64,000 nt of DNA from Eledone cirrhosa (lineage: Eukaryota): contig CAXHJY010001105.1 of assembly GCA_964016885.1 (NCBI GenBank), positions 395,547 to 459,546 of the forward strand, written 5' to 3'. Shown piece after piece: positions 22,401 to 36,975 of this stretch. The notes beneath the pieces were generated by a model. It saw nothing but the letters and a program-made list of their open reading frames with translations. It ran no database searches and was not told the origin of the DNA. Position numbers and translations under genes: made by a program. How positions within the stretch are numbered: the first letter of the stretch is position 1; each line of letters begins with the position of its first letter.

Positions 22401-25400
22401 AATCTCTGAATTGAGAGATCACAGCTCTGATACTACAGACATGTGGTTAGAATGTCTCAGGAAAGAAACTCTGGATTGAGAGATCACAGCTCTGATACTA
22501 CAGACATGTGGTTAGAATGTCTCAGGAAAGAATCTCTGAATTGAGAGATCACAGCTCTGATACTACAGACATGTGGTTAGAATGTCTCAGGAAAGAATCT
22601 CTGAATTGAGAGATCACAGCTCTGATACTACAGACATGTGGTTAGAATGTCTCAGGAAAGAATCTCTGAATTGAGAGATCACAGCTCTGATACTACAGAC
22701 ATGTGGTTAGAATGTCTCAGGAAAGAATCTCTGAATTGAGAGATCACAGCTCTGATACTACAGGCATGTGGTTAGAATGTCTCAGGAAAGAATCTCTGAA
22801 TTGAGAGATCACAGCTCTGATACTACAGGCATGTGGTTAGAATGTCTCAGGAAAGAATCTCTGAATTGAGAGATCACAGCTCTGATACTACAGACATGTG
22901 GTTAGAATGTCTCAGGAAAGAAACTCTGAATTGAGAGATCACAGCTCTGATACTACAGACATGAGGTTAGAATGTCTGAGGAAAGAATCTCTGAATTGAG
23001 AGATCACAGCTCTGATACTACAGACATGTGGTTAGTATGTCTGAGGAAAGAATCTTTGAACTGAGAGACCACAGCTCTGATACTACAGACATGTGGTTAG
23101 AATGTCTCAGGAAAGAATCTCTGAATTGAGAGATCACAGCTCTGACACTACAGACATGTGGTTAGAATGTCTCAGGAAAGAATCTCTGAATTGAGAGACC
23201 ACAGCTCTGATACTACAGACATGTGGTTAGAATGTCTGAGGAAAGAATCTCTGAATTGAGAGATCACAGCTCTGATACTACCGACATGTGGTTAAAATGT
23301 CTCAGGAAAGAATCTTTGAACTGAGAGACCACAGCTCTGATACTACCGACATGTGGTTAAAATGTCTCAGGAAAGAATCTCTGAATTGAGAGATCACAGC
23401 TCTGATACTACAGACATGTGGTTAGAATGTCTCAGGAAAGAAACTCTGGATTGAGAGATCACAGCTCTGATACTACAGACATGTGGTTAGAATGTCTCAG
23501 GAAAGAATCTCTGAATTGAGAGATCACAGCTCTGATACTACAGACATGTGGTTAGAATGTCTCAGGAAAGAATCTCTGAATTGAGAGATCACAGCTCTGA
23601 TACTACAGACATGTGGTTAGAATGTCTCAGGAAAGAATCTCTGAATTGAGAGATCACAGCTCTGATACTACAGACATGTGGTTAGAATGTCTCAGGAAAG
23701 AATCTCTGAATTGAGAGATCACAGCTCTGATACTACAGGCATGTGGTTAGAATGTCTCAGGAAAGAATCTCTGAATTGAGAGATCACAGCTCTGATACTA
23801 CAGACATGTGGTTAGAATGTCTCAGGAAAGAATCTCTGAATTGAGAGATCACAGCTCTGATACTACAGACATGAGGTTAGAATGTCTCAGGAAAGAATCT
23901 CTGAATTGATAGATCACAGCTCTGATACTACAGACATGTGGTTAGTATGTCTGAGGAAAGAATCTTTGAACTGAGAGACCACAGCTCTGATACTACAGAC
24001 ATGTGGTTAGAATGTCTCAGGAAAGAATCTTTGAACTGAGAGACCACAGCTCTGATACTACCGACATGTGGTTAAAATGTCTCAGGAAAGAATCTTTGAA
24101 CTGAGAGACCACAGCTCTGATACTACCGACATGTGGTTAAAATGTCTCAGGAAAGAATCTCTGAATTGAGAGATCACAGCTCTGATACTACAGACATGTG
24201 GTTAGAATGTCTCAGGAAAGAAACTCTGGATTGAGAGATCACAGCTCTGATACTACAGACATGTGGTTAGAATGTCTCAGGAAAGAATCTCTGAATTGAG
24301 AGATCACAGCTCTGATACTACAGACATGTGGTTAGAATGTCTCAGGAAAGAATCTCTGAATTGAGAGATCACAGCTCTGATACTACAGACATGTGGTTAG
24401 AATGTCTCAGGAAAGAATCTCTGAATTGAGAGATCACAGCTCTGATACTACAGACATGTGGTTAGAATGTCTCAGGAAAGAATCTCTGAATTGAGAGATC
24501 ACAGCTCTGATACTACAGACATGTGGTTAGAATGTCTCAGGAAAGAAACTCTGGATTGAGAGATCACAGCTCTGATACTACAGACATGTGGTTAGAATGT
24601 CTCAGGAAAGAATCTCTGAATTGAGAGATCACAGCTCTGATACTACAGACATGTGGTTAGAATGTCTCAGGAAAGAATCTCTGAATTGAGAGATCACAGC
24701 TCTGATACTACAGACATGTGGTTAGAATGTCTCAGGAAAGAATCTCTGAATTGAGAGATCACAGCTCTGATACTACAGACATGTGGTTAGAATGTCTCAG
24801 GAAAGAATCTCTGAATTGAGAGATCACAGCTCTGATACTACAGGCATGTGGTTAGAATGTCTGAGGAAAGAATCTCTGAATTGAGAGATCACAGCTCTGA
24901 TACTACAGACATGTGGTTAGTATGTCTGAGGAAAGAATCTTTGAACTGAGAGACCACAGCTCTGATACTACAGACATGTGGTTAGAATGTCTCAGGAAAG
25001 AATCTTTGAACTGAGAGACCACAGCTCTGATACTACCGACATGTGGTTAAAATGTCTCAGGAAAGAATCTTTGAACTGAGAGACCACAGCTCTGATACTA
25101 CAGACATGTGGTTATAATGTCTCAGGAAAGAATCTCTGAATTGAGAGATCACAGCTCTGATACTACAGGCATGTGGTTAGAATGTCTCAGGAAAGAATCT
25201 CTGAATTGAGAGATCACAGCTCTGATACTACAGACATGTGGTTAGAATGTCTCAGGAAAGAAACTCTGAATTGAGAGATCACAGCTCTGATACTACAGAC
25301 ATGAGGTTAGAATGTCTGAGGAAAGAATCTCTGAATTGAGAGATCACAGCTCTGATACTACAGACATGTGGTTAGTATGTCTGAGGAAAGAATCTTTGAA

Positions 25401-28400
25401 CTGAGAGACCACAGCTCTGATACTACAGACATGTGGTTAGAATGTCTCAGGAAAGAATCTCTGAATTGAGAGATCACAGCTCTGACACTACAGACATGTG
25501 GTTAGAATGTCTCAGGAAAGAATCTCTGAATTGAGAGACCACAGCTCTGATACTACAGACATGTGGTTAGAATGTCTCAGGAAAGAAACTCTGGATTGAG
25601 AGATCACAGCTCTGATACTACAGACATGTGGTTAGAATGTCTCAGGAAAGAATCTCTGAATTGAGAGATCACAGCTCTGATACTACAGACATGTGGTTAG
25701 AATGTCTGAGGAAAGAATCTCTGAATTGAGAGATCACAGCTCTGATACTACAGACATGTGGTTAGAATGTCTCAGGAAAGAATCTCTGAATTGAGAGATC
25801 ACAGCTCTGATACTACAGACATGTGGTTAGAATGTCTCAGGAAAGAATCTCTGAATTGAGAGATCACAGCTCTGATACTACAGACATGTGGTTAGAATGT
25901 CTCAGGAAAGAAACTCTGAATTGAGAGATCACAGCTCTGATACTACAGACATGAGGTTAGAATGTCTGAGGAAAGAATCTCTGAATTGAGAGATCACAGC
26001 TCTGATACTACAGACATGTGGTTAGTATGTCTGAGGAAAGAATCTTTGAACTGAGAGACCACAGCTCTGATACTACAGACATGTGGTTAGAATGTCTCAG
26101 GAAAGAATCTCTGAATTGAGAGATCACAGCTCTGACACTACAGACATGTGGTTAGAATGTCTCAGGAAAGAATCTCTGAATTGAGAGACCACAGCTCTGA
26201 TACTACAGACATGTGGTTAGAATGTCTGAGGAAAGAATCTCTGAACTGAGAGACCACAGCTCTGATACTACCGACATGTGGTTAAAATGTCTCAGGAAAG
26301 AAACTCTGAATTGAGAGATCACAGCTCTGATACTACAGACATGTGGTTAGAATGTCTCAGGAAAGAAACTCTGGATTGAGAGATCACAGCTCTGATACTA
26401 CAGACATGTGGTTAGAATGTCTCAGGAAAGAATCTCTGAATTGAGAGATCACAGCTCTGATACTACAGACATGTGGTTAGAATGTCTCAGGAAAGAATCT
26501 CTGAATTGAGAGATCACAGCTCTGATACTACAGACATGTGGTTAGAATGTCTCAGGAAAGAATCTCTGAATTGAGAGATCACAGCTCTGATACTACAGAC
26601 ATGTGGTTAGAATGTCTCAGGAAAGAATCTCTGAATTGAGAGATCACAGCTCTGATACTACAGGCATGTGGTTAGAATGTCTCAGGAAAGAATCTCTGAA
26701 TTGAGAGATCACAGCTCTGATACTACAGACATGTGGTTAGAATGTCTCAGGAAAGAAACTCTGAATTGAGAGATCACAGCTCTGATACTACAGACATGAG
26801 GTTAGAATGTCTGAGGAAAGAATCTCTGAATTGAGAGATCACAGCTCTGATACTACAGACATGTGGTTAGTATGTCTGAGGAAAGAATCTTTGAACTGAG
26901 AGACCACAGCTCTGATACTACAGACATGTGGTTAGAATGTCTCAGGAAAGAATCTCTGAATTGAGAGATCACAGCTCTGACACTACAGACATGTGGTTAG
27001 AATGTCTCAGGAAAGAATCTCTGAATTGAGAGACCACAGCTCTGATACTACAGACATGTGGTTAGAATGTCTCAGGAAAGAATCTCTGAATTGAGAGATC
27101 ACAGCTCTGATACTACAGACATGTGGTTAGAATGTCTCAGGAAAGAATCTCTGAATTGAGAGATCACAGCTCTGATACTACAGACATGTGGTTAGAATGT
27201 CTCAGGAAAGAATCTCTGAATTGAGAGATCACAGCTCTGATACTACAGACATGTGGTTAGAATGTCTCAGGAAAGAATCTCTGAATTGAGAGATCACAGC
27301 TCTGATACTACAGGCATGTGGTTAGAATGTCTCAGGAAAGAATCTCTGAATTGAGAGATCACAGCTCTGATACTACAGACATGTGGTTAGAATGTCTCAG
27401 GAAAGAAACTCTGAATTGAGAGATCACAGCTCTGATACTACAGACATGAGGTTAGAATGTCTGAGGAAAGAATCTCTGAATTGAGAGATCACAGCTCTGA
27501 TACTACAGACATGTGGTTAGTATGTCTGAGGAAAGAATCTTTGAACTGAGAGACCACAGCTCTGATACTACAGACATGTGGTTAGAATGTCTCAGGAAAG
27601 AATCTCTGAATTGAGAGATCACAGCTCTGACACTACAGACATGTGGTTAGAATGTCTCAGGAAAGAACCTCTGAATAGAGAGACCACAGCTCTGATACTA
27701 CAGACATGTGGTTAGTATGTCTGAGGAAAGAACCTCTGAATAGAGAGACCACAGCTCTGACACTACAGACATGTGGTTAGAATGTCTCAGGAAAGAATCT
27801 CTGGATTGAGAGATCACAGCTCTGATACTACAGACATGTGGTTAGAATGTCTCAGGAAAGAATCTCTGGATTGAGAGATCACAGCTCTGATACTACAGAC
27901 ATGTTGTTAGAATGTCTCAGGAAAGAATCTCTGAATTGAGAGATCACAGCTCTGATACTACAGACATGTGGTTAGAATGTCTCAGGAAAGAATCTCTGAA
28001 TTGAGAGATCACAGCTCTGATACTACAGACATGTTGTTAGAATGTCTCAGGAAAGAATCTCTGAATTGAGAGATCACAGCTCTGATACTACAGACATGTG
28101 GTTAGAATGTCTCAGGAAAGAATCTCTGGATTGAGAGATCACAGCTCTGATACTACAGACATGTGGTTAGAATGTCTCAGGAAAGAATCTCTGGATTGAG
28201 AGATCACAGCTCTGATACTACAGACATGTGGTTAGAATGTCTCAGGAAAGAATCACTGGACCTATTTTACGGGCAAAACCAACAGGTAGGAAACCCAGGG
28301 TTAGACCTCAAGCAAGATGGTTGGGTAAAATCCATGAGTTTGGCTGGTCGCGTTTGGGGATCCAACCGGAACCGTTGGAGACAGTTGGGAGAAGAAGATG
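19420..28400 (+). mobile_element. Decayed RTE-clade LINE 3' fragment interrupted by a satellite derived from itself
   Basis: Left flank translates AAEMGFLRRV..DRVCSLEIRELLQVELLLLRIERSQL*YYRHVVRMS. Right flank continues ILRAKPTGRKPRVRPQARW..WSRLGI, matching the RTE/Expander-type C-terminus. Confidence 0.8.
19546..28254. repeat. 65-bp tandem satellite, 134 copies (8.7 kb)
   Basis: Unit tctgaattgagagatcacagctctgatactacagacatgtggttagaatgtctcaggaaagaatc. Length 8709 = 134 x 65 - 1, with one 1-bp deletion near 22171. Confidence 0.97.
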
Positions 28401-28564
28401 ATTTAGACACAGGGCGACCAATTAGTCGGGAGGGGAAAGTCTATTTTATAAAGTCAATATCTTACTGGTATTTTATTTTCTCGCTCTCAGTGTATTACTG
28501 GTACTTTATTTGATGAAAGGCTAAGTTATTAATAATGATGATAATGGTTTGAACGTAAAGACAG

Positions 28565-28574
28565 GCATACAGAC

Positions 28575-28653
<79 letters not shown>

Positions 28654-28682
28654 GCGACAGACAGACAGACAGACAGAGAGAC

Positions 28683-28717
<35 letters not shown>

Positions 28718-28766
28718 GAGACAGAGCGACAGACAGAGCGACAGACAGACAGACAGACAGAGAGAC

Positions 28767-28801
<35 letters not shown>

Positions 28802-28870
28802 GAGACAGAGCGACAGACAGAGCGACAGACAGAGACAGAGACAAACAAACAGACAGACAGACAGACAGAC
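28565..28870. repeat. (GACA)n microsatellite
   Basis: Direct reading. Confidence 0.95.
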
Positions 28871-28878
28871 ATACGTAC

Positions 28879-29047
28879 AAAGAGGTTCTGTGTCTGAGTG
28901 AGTCCTGTAGTGTAACTTGAGGTCGAACTGGTGTTGGAACTCCACTCCACACAGCTTACAGTTGAGCGGCTTGTCACGCGCATGCGTACGTCTCACGTGA
29001 CTGTCATGGGCGGCGTGGGACGCGAAAGCCTTTCCGCAGAATTTACA
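28879..29047 (-). CDS. PRDM14: PRDM14 exon, last two zinc fingers
   Basis: ttttcag|[61 protein letters not shown] is characteristic of PRDM14. Donor uncertain: gtacgt after 28879 or gtatgt after 28875. Confidence 0.9.
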
Positions 29048-29238
29048 CTGAAAATATTCAATGGGCGGTCATTAGAACACTGTGTGTGTATATATATGTG
29101 GGTGTGTGTGGGTGTGTGGGTGTGTGTGGGTGTGTGGGTGTATATATATATGTGTGGGTGTGTGTGGGTGTGTGTGTGTGTGTGTATATATGGGTGTGTG
29201 TGTGGGTGGGTGTATGTATATATATGTGGGTGGGTGTG

Positions 29239-29272
<34 letters not shown>

Positions 29273-29393
29273 GGGGGGGGTATGTATATATATATGTGGG
29301 TGTGTGTATGTATATATATATATGTGGGTGTGTGTGTGTACATATATATATGTGTGTGTGGGGGGTGTACATATATATATGTGTGGGTGTGTG

Positions 29394-29428
<35 letters not shown>

Positions 29429-30113
29429 ATATATATGTGTGTGGGTGTGTGTGTATATATGTGTGTGGGTGTGTGTACATATATATATGTGTGTGGGTGT
29501 GTGTATATATATATGTAGGTGTGTGTACATATATATATGTGTGTGGGTGTGTGATGTGTGTGGATGTGTGTATATATATATGTATGTGTGTGGGTGTGTG
29601 TACATATATGTGTGTGGGTGTGTGTATATATATATGTATGTGTGTGGGTGTGTGTACATATATATATGTGTGGGTGTGTGTATATATATATATGTATGTG
29701 TGTGTGTATATATATATATGTGTGTGGGTGTGTATATATATGTGTGTGGGTGTATATATATATATATGTGTGTGGGTGTGTATATATATATATGTGTGTG
29801 TGTACATATATATATATATATATGTGTGTGGGTGTGTGTACATATATATATGTGTGTGTGTGTGTATGTATATATATATGTGTGTGTGGGTGTGTGTACT
29901 TATATATATGTGGGTGTGTGTATATATATATATGTGTGTGTGGGTGTGTGTATATATATGTGTGTGTGTGGGTGTGTATATATATGTGTGCGTGGGTGTG
30001 TGTATATATATAATGCGATGAAATACCAATGATCGTTGGCAAATCACTGATGAGGGACTCCTTTTATAACATGTAATCCATGTGCAACCATGCAGTATTC
30101 CTCTCCCCATATT

Positions 30114-30191
<78 letters not shown>

Positions 30192-30539
30192 GTGTGTGTG
30201 TCTGTTTATATATATATATATATATCTTACATTGCATTCGTTCGCGAAAGGTCTTTTTTCTAAGCGCTCATATATTCACCTAGCTTATGCTAACAGAATA
30301 ACTATGAAGCTTGTTTCCTTCCTCTACGGTTAGCCCTACTCTCTGTTGTTATCCTGTCTCACTCGCTTTACGCGTTTTAATGGTCCTAATAACTTAATTT
30401 AGTTATTATTGCACCGACGTGAGGTATATGATTTTTAATGCAATGAAATATCTATGATCGTCGGCAAATCACTGATGAGGTACTTATTTTATTACATGTT
30501 ATCCATGTGCTACCAGCAGTATTTTTCTCCCCATTTTAT

Positions 30540-30689
<150 letters not shown>

Positions 30690-30733
30690 TATACGATATT
30701 AACAAATGGAAACTATATTTATAAAACCATATC

Positions 30734-30798
30734 TATTTTATTATACATATTTCAAGGATACCATGTTAAATTATGGTGTGCTTTCATCAGACAAAATA
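30734..30798 (-). ncRNA. Minimal hammerhead motif (family of 54399)
   Basis: Minus strand reads tattttgt-CTGATGA-..acca/tggt..-GAAA-tatgta-TA-ataaaata. Confidence 0.6.
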
Positions 30799-30835
30799 CA
30801 ATATATACCAGTTTTATAAATAAATATTGACATAT

Positions 30836-31140
30836 GGAGGCACATGGCTTAGTGGTTAGAGCATTGGCCTTGCAATCGAAAGGTTGTGAGTTCAATTCTC
30901 AGACCGAGTGATGTGTTGTTTCCTTGAGCAAGACACTTTATTTCACATTGCTCCAGTTTACTCAGCTGTAGAAATGAGATGATAGGGACTGGGGTCCCTA
31001 TCATTCCACTGCAAACTGGTCGTGGAGGTGCCACGGCAAAAAAGCACCCAGCACTCACTGTAGAAGTCAAGCCAGAATCAGTTCCCGTCCCACCCTTGCA
31101 AGCAGGGAAAAGTGGACGTAAAATGAAATGATGAAATGAA
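30836..31140 (+). mobile_element. tRNA-derived SINE with CORE-like domain
   Basis: A box tggcttagtggttag, B box gagttcaattc, ccttgagcaagacacttta core. Related head at 54863-54980. Confidence 0.7.
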
Positions 31141-31446
31141 ATGATGATACCCTTACAAAATGCAACCATTACTTTTGGAAGATTACTAGATAGTAGAGTT
31201 GTTTACTTATATTAGTAAGTCGTTGTGTTACAGAGGAGGAAAAATGTGTGTACGTATATATATTTACATGTGTGTGTGTATATATATATTTACATGTGTG
31301 TGTGTATATATATGTGTGGGTGTGTGTATATATGTATATATGTGTGTGTAAATATTTATGTGTGTGAATGTGTTCACATATACTTATGTATGTGTTTGTG
31401 CATGTATGTTCACATATATATATTTATGTGTGTGTGCGTATGTAGG

Positions 31447-31490
<44 letters not shown>

Positions 31491-31584
31491 TATGTTCACA
31501 TATATATATGTGTTCGTGTATGTTCACTGACACACACACACATGCATACACGCACATATGTGTGTGTGTGTGTGTAGCAGAAAA

Positions 31585-32725
31585 ACACCACCACTACCAC
31601 CACCACCACCACTACCACCACTACCACCACCACCACCACACCACCACCACCACTACCACCACACCACCACCACCACCACTACCACCACACCACCACCACT
31701 ACCACCACTACACCACCACCACCACCACTACCACCACTACCACCACCACCACCACCACCACTACCACCACCACCACTACCACTACCACCACCACTACACC
31801 ACCAACACCACCACTACCACCACCACTACACCACCACCACCACCATTACTACCACCACCACCACTACCACCACCACCACCACCACTACCACCACCACCAC
31901 CACCACTACCACCACTATCACCACCACCACCACCACACCACCAACACTACCACCACCACCACTACCACTACCACTACCACCACCTCTACCACCACCACTA
32001 CCACAACACCACCACCACTACAACCACCATCACCACCACTACCACTACCACCACTACCACCACCACCACCACCACCACCACCACCACTACCACCACCACT
32101 ACTACAACCACCACCACCACCACCACCACCACTACACCACCAACACTACTACTACCACCACCACCACCACTACCACCACCACCACTACCACCACTACCAC
32201 CACACCACCAACACTACCACTACCACCACCACCACTACACCACCAACACTACCACTACCACCACCACTACCACCACCACTACCACAACACCACCACCACC
32301 ACTACAACCACCACCACCACCACTACACTACCAACACTACCACCACCACTACACCACCACCACCACCACCACCGCCATTACTACCACTACCACCACTACC
32401 ACCACCACTACCACAACACCACCACCACCACCACCACCACCACCACCACCACCACCACCACTACCACCACCACTACCACAACACCACCACCACCACTACA
32501 ACCACCACCACCACCACCACCACCACCACCACTACCACTACCACCACCACCACCACCACTACACTACCAACACTACCACCACTACAACCACCACCACCAC
32601 CACCACCACCACCACCACTACCACTACCACCACCACCACCACCACTACACTACCAACACTACCACCACTACAACCACCACCACCACCACCACCACCACCA
32701 CCACTACCACAACAACAACAACACC
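31585..32725. repeat. (CCA/CTA)n imperfect trinucleotide array
   Basis: Direct reading, about 1.1 kb. Confidence 0.95.
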
Positions 32726-33290
32726 GTAAGAAGGTGTGACATAGTTCGGCAAACGATCAGATCACGTGACGACCGGCAATCGTCCATCATCTACTCCCCC
32801 TCCTTCCCTTCCCCCTCTCTTTCTCCCTTCACTCCCAGCCTCCTCCCAGCGTCTCCCAACCTCTGCCCCCCCCCCCCCCCCCCCCACCACCACCGTCACC
32901 ACCATACAAACACATCATCTCTCTCCCCCCCCCGCCGCCGCCGCCATATAAACACGTCACCTTGTTATACAATGGTTGAAAGAGAATGAAAGACGAGGTG
33001 TTGAGCATGTTTCTGGTCGTTGGAAGTGATTTATATACACGTGTATATATATATATACACGTGTATATATATATATATACACGTGTATATATATATATAC
33101 ACGTGTATATATACACGTGTATATATATATATACACGTGTATATATATATATATATATATACATGTGTATATATATATATATATATATATGTATACATGT
33201 GTATATATGTGTATATACATGTGTATATATGTGTATATACATGTATATACATGTATATATATATATATATACATGTGTATATATGTGTAT

Positions 33291-33336
<46 letters not shown>

Positions 33337-33488
33337 ATATATGTGTATATACATGTATATATATATATGCATGTGTATATATGTGTATATACATGCATAT
33401 ATAGACATATATATATATATATATATATATACAAGTGTGTATACACATGTATATATATATATATTGATATATACAAACACATTCATAC

Positions 33489-33531
<43 letters not shown>

Positions 33532-34830
33532 ATTCTGAAATGTGGTGTGGCGTTGGTGGAGGGGGGGGCGAAAGAATCTAGAAGACAGTGGAATAGAGGA
33601 GGGGGAGGGTGTAGAAAGCCGCCAGTGGTGATGTAGGGGGGGGGGAGAAAGAGGAGAAGAAGGCAAAGAAGAAGAAGAAGAAGAAGAAGGCAAAAAAGAA
33701 GAAAAAGAAGAAGGCAAAAAAGAAGAAAAAGAAGAAAGCAAAGAAGGAGGCAAAAAAGAAGAAAAAGAAGAAAAGGCAAAGAAGAAGAAGAAGAAGAAGG
33801 AGGCAAAAAAGAAGAAGGCGAAGAAGAAGAAGTAAAAGGAGGAGAAGGAAAAGGAGGAGAAGAAGAAGAAGGGGCACGTGTCTGTATCTGCTCCCAATTT
33901 CAGGAACACCTAAAACCCTTTACAGAAATCACGATATATTCTACCAAGTCCCACCCGGGGGGCCGACATACCAAACTTATTTGTCTAGTTGTTATAATCA
34001 AGAACATACTGAAGCTGTTTCCACGTAAATTCTCTGTATATGTGTATATATGTATATGTGTATATGTGTGTGTGTGTATATGTGTATATGTGTGTGTGTG
34101 TATATGTGTATATGTGTGTATGTGTATATATGTATATGTGTGTATGTGTATATGTGTATATGTGTGTGTGTATATGTGTATGTGTATATGTGTGTATGTG
34201 TATATATGTATGTGTATATGTGTGTGTGTGTATGTGTGTATATATGTGTATATATGTATATGTGTATATGTGTGTATGTGTATATATGTGTATATATGTA
34301 TATGTGTATATGTGTATATGTGTGTGTGTGTATATGTGTATATGTGTGTATGTGTATATGTGTATATGTGTGTGTGTATATGTGTGTATGTGTATATATG
34401 TATATGTGTATATATGTGTATATATGTATATGTGTATATATGTATATGTGTATATGTGTATATGTGTGTATGTTTATATATGTATATGTGTATATATGTA
34501 TATGTGTATATGTGTATATGTGTATATGTGTATATGTGTGTGTGTGTATATGTGTATATGTGTATATGTGTGTATGTGTATATATGTATATGTGTGTATG
34601 TGTATATATGTATATGTTTATATATGTATATGTGTATATATGTATATGTGTATATGTGTATATGTGTATATGTGTATATGTGTATATGTGTATATGTGGT
34701 ATTAGAATTGGTGCTCTGACATAGCTATATATATACATGAATGTATGTATAGTATATCTAGCAATATGTTGGAAGTTCAATTAAAAACATTTAGAAGACT
34801 ATTCGCTACCAGTTTTAAAGTAGTGACTAT

Positions 34831-35487
34831 CTCGGCCTCCGGATCTGCCAGCCACACCGATGTCGCTGCGGTTCCACCGTGGACTCTTTCGGCCTCCACC
34901 CGCTTTCCTGTCGCCACAGTGCCGGCCGCATTCCACGCCATGCTGCCCTCAACGAGGTCATTAAGCATGGCTTCGACGCTGCAGGCTTCCCTTCCCAGCT
35001 CGAGCCGATGAGGCTGGATCGAGGGGACAGCAAAAGGCCAGATGGCATAACCATCTCCCCGTTCCGCGGTGGCAAACCCCTCATCTGGGATGCCACTTGC
35101 ACTGACACTTTCTGCAGCTGCAACCTGGTGCAGTCTGCGACTGACCCAGGTTCTGCTGCACGTTTGGCTGAGGGGGCCAAACTCCTCAAATACCGGTTGC
35201 TCTCCGACAGGTTTGCGGTCGTACCCCTGGCAGTGGAGACTTCTGGTGTCCTCAGCCCCAGGGCTACCTCCTTACTCACCGCCATAGGCGCTGAGCTGGC
35301 CAGCTGCAGGTGTGAGCTCCGCGAATTGGAGTGGCTTTTCCAGCACACCTCCCTCGCCGTCCCCCGGGGAAACGCCTTCTCCATTCTGTCCCCCGGGGTT
35401 GTGGGTGGGCCCCATCGCGTGCCGTTGTAGTTGTTGTAGAAGAAACGGGTTCCACTTGTATATTGTATATATTTCTTTCTCCGCCAT
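34831..35487 (+). mobile_element. 5'-truncated CRE-clade non-LTR retrotransposon (zinc knuckle end + restriction-like endonuclease)
   Basis: HPLSC..RHAALN, KRPDG, WDATCTDT, AE..K..KY, PLAVETSG, SLAVPRGNA motifs. GC-rich island inserted in another dispersed repeat. Confidence 0.75.
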
Positions 35488-36015
35488 TTACTTATTTTAG
35501 GCAAAAACAAAGAGGGAGAGATTGACAGTATGTTTCTAGCTTGTTGTCATTTATCAAAGCCACACACTCAGTTGCCTTCGCCGACAATTATAGAAGCTGG
35601 ATTATTATAGGATTCCAGTAATAACCAGGAGCTGATAACACAGAGCGATTGCCGGTCCAGTAAATATTAGGTATTAGGATTGGTGCCCTGAAATAGCGAT
35701 GTATATATGAATGTATGTATAATATATTTGGCAATATACCGTATGTTTAATTAAAAACATTTAGAAGACCATACACTATCAGTTTTAAAGCCGTGAATTG
35801 TATAAGAATCCAGCTTCTATAATTATCGACAAAGGCAGTGGAATGTGTGGTCTTGATAAACACTGACAAGTGAGAAACAGACTGTTGGCCACTCTCTCTT
35901 GTTTTTGCCGAGAATAAGTAAGTGACATAGTCACTACTTTAAAACTCATAGCGCAAGGTCTTCCAAATGTTTTTAATTAAAAATACAGTGTATTGCCAAA
36001 TATACTATACATACA

Positions 36016-36079
<64 letters not shown>

Positions 36080-36149
36080 AATTGGGCTACTCAGCCGTTA
36101 ATATGCATAAGGTAAGTATATACGTTCAACAATCTGGCAGGAAGGTATA

Positions 36150-36190
36150 CGTTGCTGACGATAGCTAACAAGCTTGAAACTAGTACAGCG
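36150..36190 (+). ncRNA. Minimal type I hammerhead ribozyme (ACTAGT stem III, GUA site)
   Basis: cgttg-CTGACGA-t-agct(aaca)agct-t-GAAA-ctag-TA-cagcg. Confidence 0.78.
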
Positions 36191-36469
36191 TTCCTTTGTC
36201 AGTGTTGAACAAACGAGCAACGGTGGTTGCTGGACACTACGGCTTAATACGGGATGTTTGTTTACAAACACACCGAGCATTATAATAAATGTTCGGTGAA
36301 TCCATACGTACATATATATATGTGTGTGCATGTATGTATATATATATACATACTACTGTACGTCTGTATACATATATGTATGTACGTATACATACTTACA
36401 TTTAAGTAGCAGCTGTACTAAGAGTGGGAAATGAAACTTCGTTTTATTTTTTCCGTTTATATATATATA

Positions 36470-36542
<73 letters not shown>

Positions 36543-36568
36543 TTCAATCTATCTTATTTCTCATTCTT

Positions 36569-36604
36569 TCTTCTGATGAAGAACTAGCGTCCGAAACGTT
36601 AAGA
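36569..36604 (+). ncRNA. Minimal hammerhead motif with decayed stem II
   Basis: tctt-CTGATGA-agaactagcgtcc-GAAA-cg-TT-aaga. Confidence 0.45.
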
Positions 36605-36672
36605 CCCTCTTCCTGCTATATCAAGCGTTAACCTAATATATTCCTCCCATATACTGGTACCGATTGTGTTGT

Positions 36673-36722
<50 letters not shown>

Positions 36723-36762
36723 GTGTATATATATATATATACATATATATACACACACACAG

Positions 36763-36935
<173 letters not shown>

Positions 36936-36944
36936 CACACACAC

Positions 36945-36969
<25 letters not shown>

Positions 36970-36975
<6 letters not shown>

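Noticed and set aside
19546-28254. CRISPR-like array
   Set aside because: Head-to-tail units with no unique spacers, no cas genes, eukaryotic context, and the unit derives from a LINE.
30440-30510. Hammerhead at cactgatgagg (also 30047 and 46355 -)
   Set aside because: No stem II plus GAAA downstream, and a permuted fold lacks stem II pairing.
30836-30910. tRNA gene (also 54863-54935)
   Set aside because: A and B boxes are present but there is no proper acceptor stem, and the sequence continues into a SINE body.
31358-32989. His/Thr/Pro-rich ORFs
   Set aside because: Translation of a (CCA)n microsatellite in an intron.
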